NCBI RefSeq assembly: GCF_003072485.1
Contig: NZ_CP025989.1
Coordinates: 330,001 to 362,000 of the forward strand
Direction of reading: 5' to 3'
Source: Candidatus Fokinia solitaria
GTDB lineage: Bacteria > Pseudomonadota > Alphaproteobacteria > Rickettsiales > Midichloriaceae
Length of the DNA: 32,000 bases
This document shows positions 30,201 through 32,000 of this stretch, piece after piece. Made by a program: the position numbers and the translations under genes. The first letter of the stretch is position 1. The number at the start of each line of letters is the position of its first letter. The notes under the pieces are model-generated. The model searched no databases. It was given only the letters and a program-made list of their open reading frames with translations, and was not told where the DNA came from.

Positions 30201-30510
30201 CCCAACCGAGCTTAAATATGACTTTTTTACCTAGCATTGTATGATATCGTACGAAGCAATCTTTAATATACGATGTTAGTATGTGTCCCCAGTGAGGCAT
30301 GCCATTCGCAAATGGAGGACCATCATGAAAAGCAATTTCATCACCGTCTTTATTTAGCACAAGAGAACTTATCTGATTTTCTTGCCAGTATTTTTGGATT
30401 TGTTTTTCAATTTCGGAAAAATTACTGTGTAACGATAAATCCGAAAATGCCGTAACGGTATCTAAGTGAACGATATCGATATTATTGTTTTTAGAAGTGG
30501 ATTTTCTCAT
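27271..30510 (-). CDS. ileS: isoleucyl-tRNA synthetase (long, eukaryotic-like type by motif impression)
   Basis: 1079 aa; DGPPFANGMPHWGHILTSYIKD (HIGH-like), GWDCHGLPAELEAEKEL, TTTPWTLTSN, WFESGAMPFAQYG, GTDGKKLSKRLQNFPDP (KMSKS-like). Confidence 0.96.
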   Translation of the reverse strand: MRKSTSKNNNIDIVHLDTVTAFSDLSLHSNFSEIEKQIQKYWQENQISSLVLNKDGDEIAFHDGPPFANGMPHWGHILTSYIKDCFVRYHTMLGKKVIFKLGWDCHGLPAELEAEKELNIIGKAQIEDLGIQKFNDHCSKSVLKYTDEWLQYFSKSARWLRSNEEYKTMDISYMQSVIWCFKKLYADDLIYKASRIMPYSWKCETPISDFETRLDNSYREKESKAVTVLFEVVESDYLFSLVGKNKRIALLAWTTTPWTLTSNLLLAVNQDIVYAIVEHESTIFIISEVLLPKYAEEVGNDIICTVLGKDLIGIQYKPLFQYFTNEQNAFKVVHGDFVTIENGTGIVHIAPGFGEDDHNLAKLYNVNPVCPIDDGCKFTFPVTDYVGRQVFDTEIDIIKALKIKNAWLKTEQYFHSYPHCWRTDTPLIYRAVPSWYLAVTQIKEKMLKLNQHIKWHPSHIQNGLFGKWLENARDWSISRTRYWGCPIPVWESDDPRYPHVEVYGSIEEIEKSFGIKVTNLHRPFIDSLTKINPSDPTGKSRLVRVKEVFDCWFESGAMPFAQYGHPFTDTASHFTAEFVVEYAAQTRGWFYTMLVLATALFNTVPFKNCIAHGVVLGTDGKKLSKRLQNFPDPLKTLEKLGSDAVRLFMLSSQAIKGEDIVIDSDVTGAINIIKGVVKPLWSTYNFLMLYLKIDQVTPRNIDTAHSLLNRYILQKLLKTWIIIKNAMENYDTAICIQEVASFLEVLNNWYVRRSRHIFWQSGYNAQKEEAFNTLYTVLFTLCKILAPLAPTLSEAIYLGLSEIDGNYQKSVHLEEYPELSQFEISESLISNMERVRLACNNALAIRNEQKIRIRQPLKCVTFIGVSDFEFSNEMREIILDEINVKEWINADKTEIVQYADLVFKLNLPTLGKTRPQHVKQILSAFKKKDFSYTKNSLIVGGVTLNEGEFQKALEIKEKYKNVAKVLSDGVVILDTSLSQELIDEGIARDLVRFIQQSRKEENLEITQKIRINVLLRENVQQISDIVARFKTYILTTTLATEAEVSSIMSDVTSNKFEIDISSLDGRVDVINIQIVIHKV

Positions 30511-30694
30511 CTATATTTTAAGACGCATTCTATAGCGAACGACATTGTACTGTATAGACTGAAAATCATCAATAAAAGTGTGTTTTAAGCAGTATCATAT
30601 GCGTTATATGATTTGCTGAGAAGTTTTAAATAAGCTACGTATCGCTTGCTGTTTCAAACCAGCAAGTGATACATATTGCGCGTGTTCGTAAGAA

Positions 30695-31318
30695 TTATTC
30701 TCCGTGACACTGTTTACTGTTAAATTTGCAGTAGTATTGTTGTAATTTCTCCAATTCTTCTTTCCATTTTTTTAAGACATGTTCTGCACTTTCAGAATGT
30801 AAACCTGCAATTGTAGTAGCATTTGTATGAGCATTCTGTAGCATTTCTTGCACGATATTCACAAAATGATGATATGGCGCTGTAGCACAGTGTTCTTGAG
30901 CGCCGTTTGTTCCGCATTTATTCACGAAATTTTTAATATGTTCGCACATTGCTGACATTGCTTCATGATATTTTTTAGCAGTCTTCAATATGTGATGTGG
31001 AGTATCATGTTTTTCCATGGATTGAGCGAAATCGCTGTTTCCTTCGATTTTTTTGTAGAGATCATGAGCCGCATGAGGATGGTTATGCATGAAATGAGCC
31101 GCATGAGCCGCCAAGTGAGGATGTTGGTACATGAAATGTGCTGAGGTTCGGGAGAAGATTGAAAGAAGGCCTTGAGGCGCGAGGGTGATCCGAGATGGGG
31201 GAAGGAGTCGGGGAGAGGGGTGGTTGGGAGAGGAGGGGTTAATGGTGGGGCTAGGAACGGGGTTTGGTTGTTTGGGAAGAAATGGGAAGTGGAAGAGCGC
31301 TATGATTGTTTGAGGCAA
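30695..31318 (-). pseudogene. 3' part of a His-rich repeat protein gene: conserved-looking C-terminal domain, with its 5' portion replaced by a foreign-composition segment
   Basis: ORF starts only at TTG 31318 inside the anomalous segment; after it, in frame, SAHFMYQHPHLAAHAAHFMHNHPHAAHDLYKKIEGNSDFAQSMEKHDTPHHILKTAKKYHEAMSAMCEHIK... continues the same repeats as the ORF at 31366-31755. Confidence 0.5.
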
Positions 31319-31740
31319 TGAGCCGCATCAGATGGTTATGGATAAATGAGCGCATGACCGCCAAGTTATGATGTTGGTACATGAATTTCGCTAAATGCGT
31401 ATGACTGTGGCGAAGTGAGCCGCATGAGGATGGTTATGCATGAAGAGCGCATGAGCCGCCAAGTGAGGATGTTGTACATGAAGTTCGCCAAGTGCGGATG
31501 ACTGTGGAGGAAATGAGCTAAATGAGGATGGTTATGCATGAAATGAGCTGCATGAGCCGCCAAGTGAGGATGTTGGTACATGAAGTGCGCCAAGTGCGGA
31601 TGACTGTGGAGGAAATGAGCTAAATGAGGGTGATTATGCATGAAATGAGCTGCATGAGCCGCCAAGTGAGGATGTTGGTACATGAAGTGTGCTAAATGCG
31701 GATGACTGTGGAGGAAATGATGATGTGCTTCCATATCGTT
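31127..31740 (-). repeat. 102-bp coding tandem repeats (His-rich), with degenerate copies near 31319-31480
   Basis: gtacatgaa anchor at 31127, 31377, 31474, 31576 and 31678 (102-bp spacing for the clean copies); encodes HFLHSHPHLA-HFMYQHPHLAAHAA-HFMHNHPHLA. Confidence 0.9.
31143..31316. other. G-rich (plus strand) / C-rich (coding strand) segment of discordant composition interrupting the His-rich repeats
   Basis: tgaggttcgggagaagattgaaagaaggccttgaggcgcgagggtgatccgagatgggggaaggagtcggggagaggggtggttgggagaggaggggtt... flanked both sides by the 102-bp repeat sequence. Confidence 0.75.
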
Positions 31741-31755
31741 ATGTAAATATGACAT
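31366..31755 (-). pseudogene. 5' part of the His-rich repeat protein gene, frameshifted out of the repeat frame near 31474
   Basis: MSYLHNDMEAHHHFLHSHPHLAHFMYQHPHLAAHAAHFMHNHPHLA... then abrupt loss of the motif (HLANFMYNILTWRLMRSSC...). At 31471 the repeat reads gatgttgtacatg against gatgttggtacatg elsewhere (1 nt missing). Confidence 0.6.
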
Positions 31756-32000
31756 ATTAATGATATTGATTTGATTAATAATATACTACTATCTTAATAT
31801 CATTTTTATATAAGAACAAGGTATAATAGTAAATTATTTATTTTCTTTTATAATTTAAGGGAGAAATTTTATTCTTATAAATGTATTGAATATTGAAGAA
31901 TAGTGAATTTTCTCATATACGAGAGCAGTACTTCCATCAAAGTGAAAATGCAAAAGAAAAAAAATATACTTTTCTGTGTGATGCTATAGAGCATTAATTA

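Overview
AT-rich chromosomal window of Rickettsiales-like character (inferred from gene content and composition only). Most of it is housekeeping: a partial AlkD-like DNA alkylation repair gene at the left edge, prs, an EVE-domain protein, a full biotin set (bioB convergent with bioF-bioH-like-bioC-bioD-bioA), tRNA-Ser(GCU), an IscA/ErpA-type protein, a PpiD/SurA-type isomerase, a dicarboxylate/amino-acid symporter, dnaB, parA, an MlaF-like ATPase, rpmH, a BamB/PQQ-repeat-like lipoprotein, a DsbB-like protein, a RecO-like protein, secE, nusG and ileS. The part most worth following up is an accessory cluster of about 6.5 kb (7963-14413) between the biotin genes and the 3' side of tRNA-Ser. It encodes (i) a TIGR04141/DUF6119-like sporadically distributed protein with a possible PD-(D/E)XK-like core, (ii) a DUF4917/SIR2-like protein, (iii) a KTSC-domain small protein, (iv) a PrrC/RloC-like (AAA_13-type) ATPase with a degenerate Walker A and a 33-bp in-frame repeat expansion in its post-ATPase region, and (v) a convergent HEPN-like protein with an RNRIH motif. 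This looks like a candidate defence or toxin locus; function is inferred, not shown. Other notable structure: an 87-bp noncoding tandem array (15160-15506) and a histidine-rich 102-bp repeat gene near the right end, broken by small indels and by a G-rich (coding-strand C-rich) segment of about 170 bp with foreign-looking composition.
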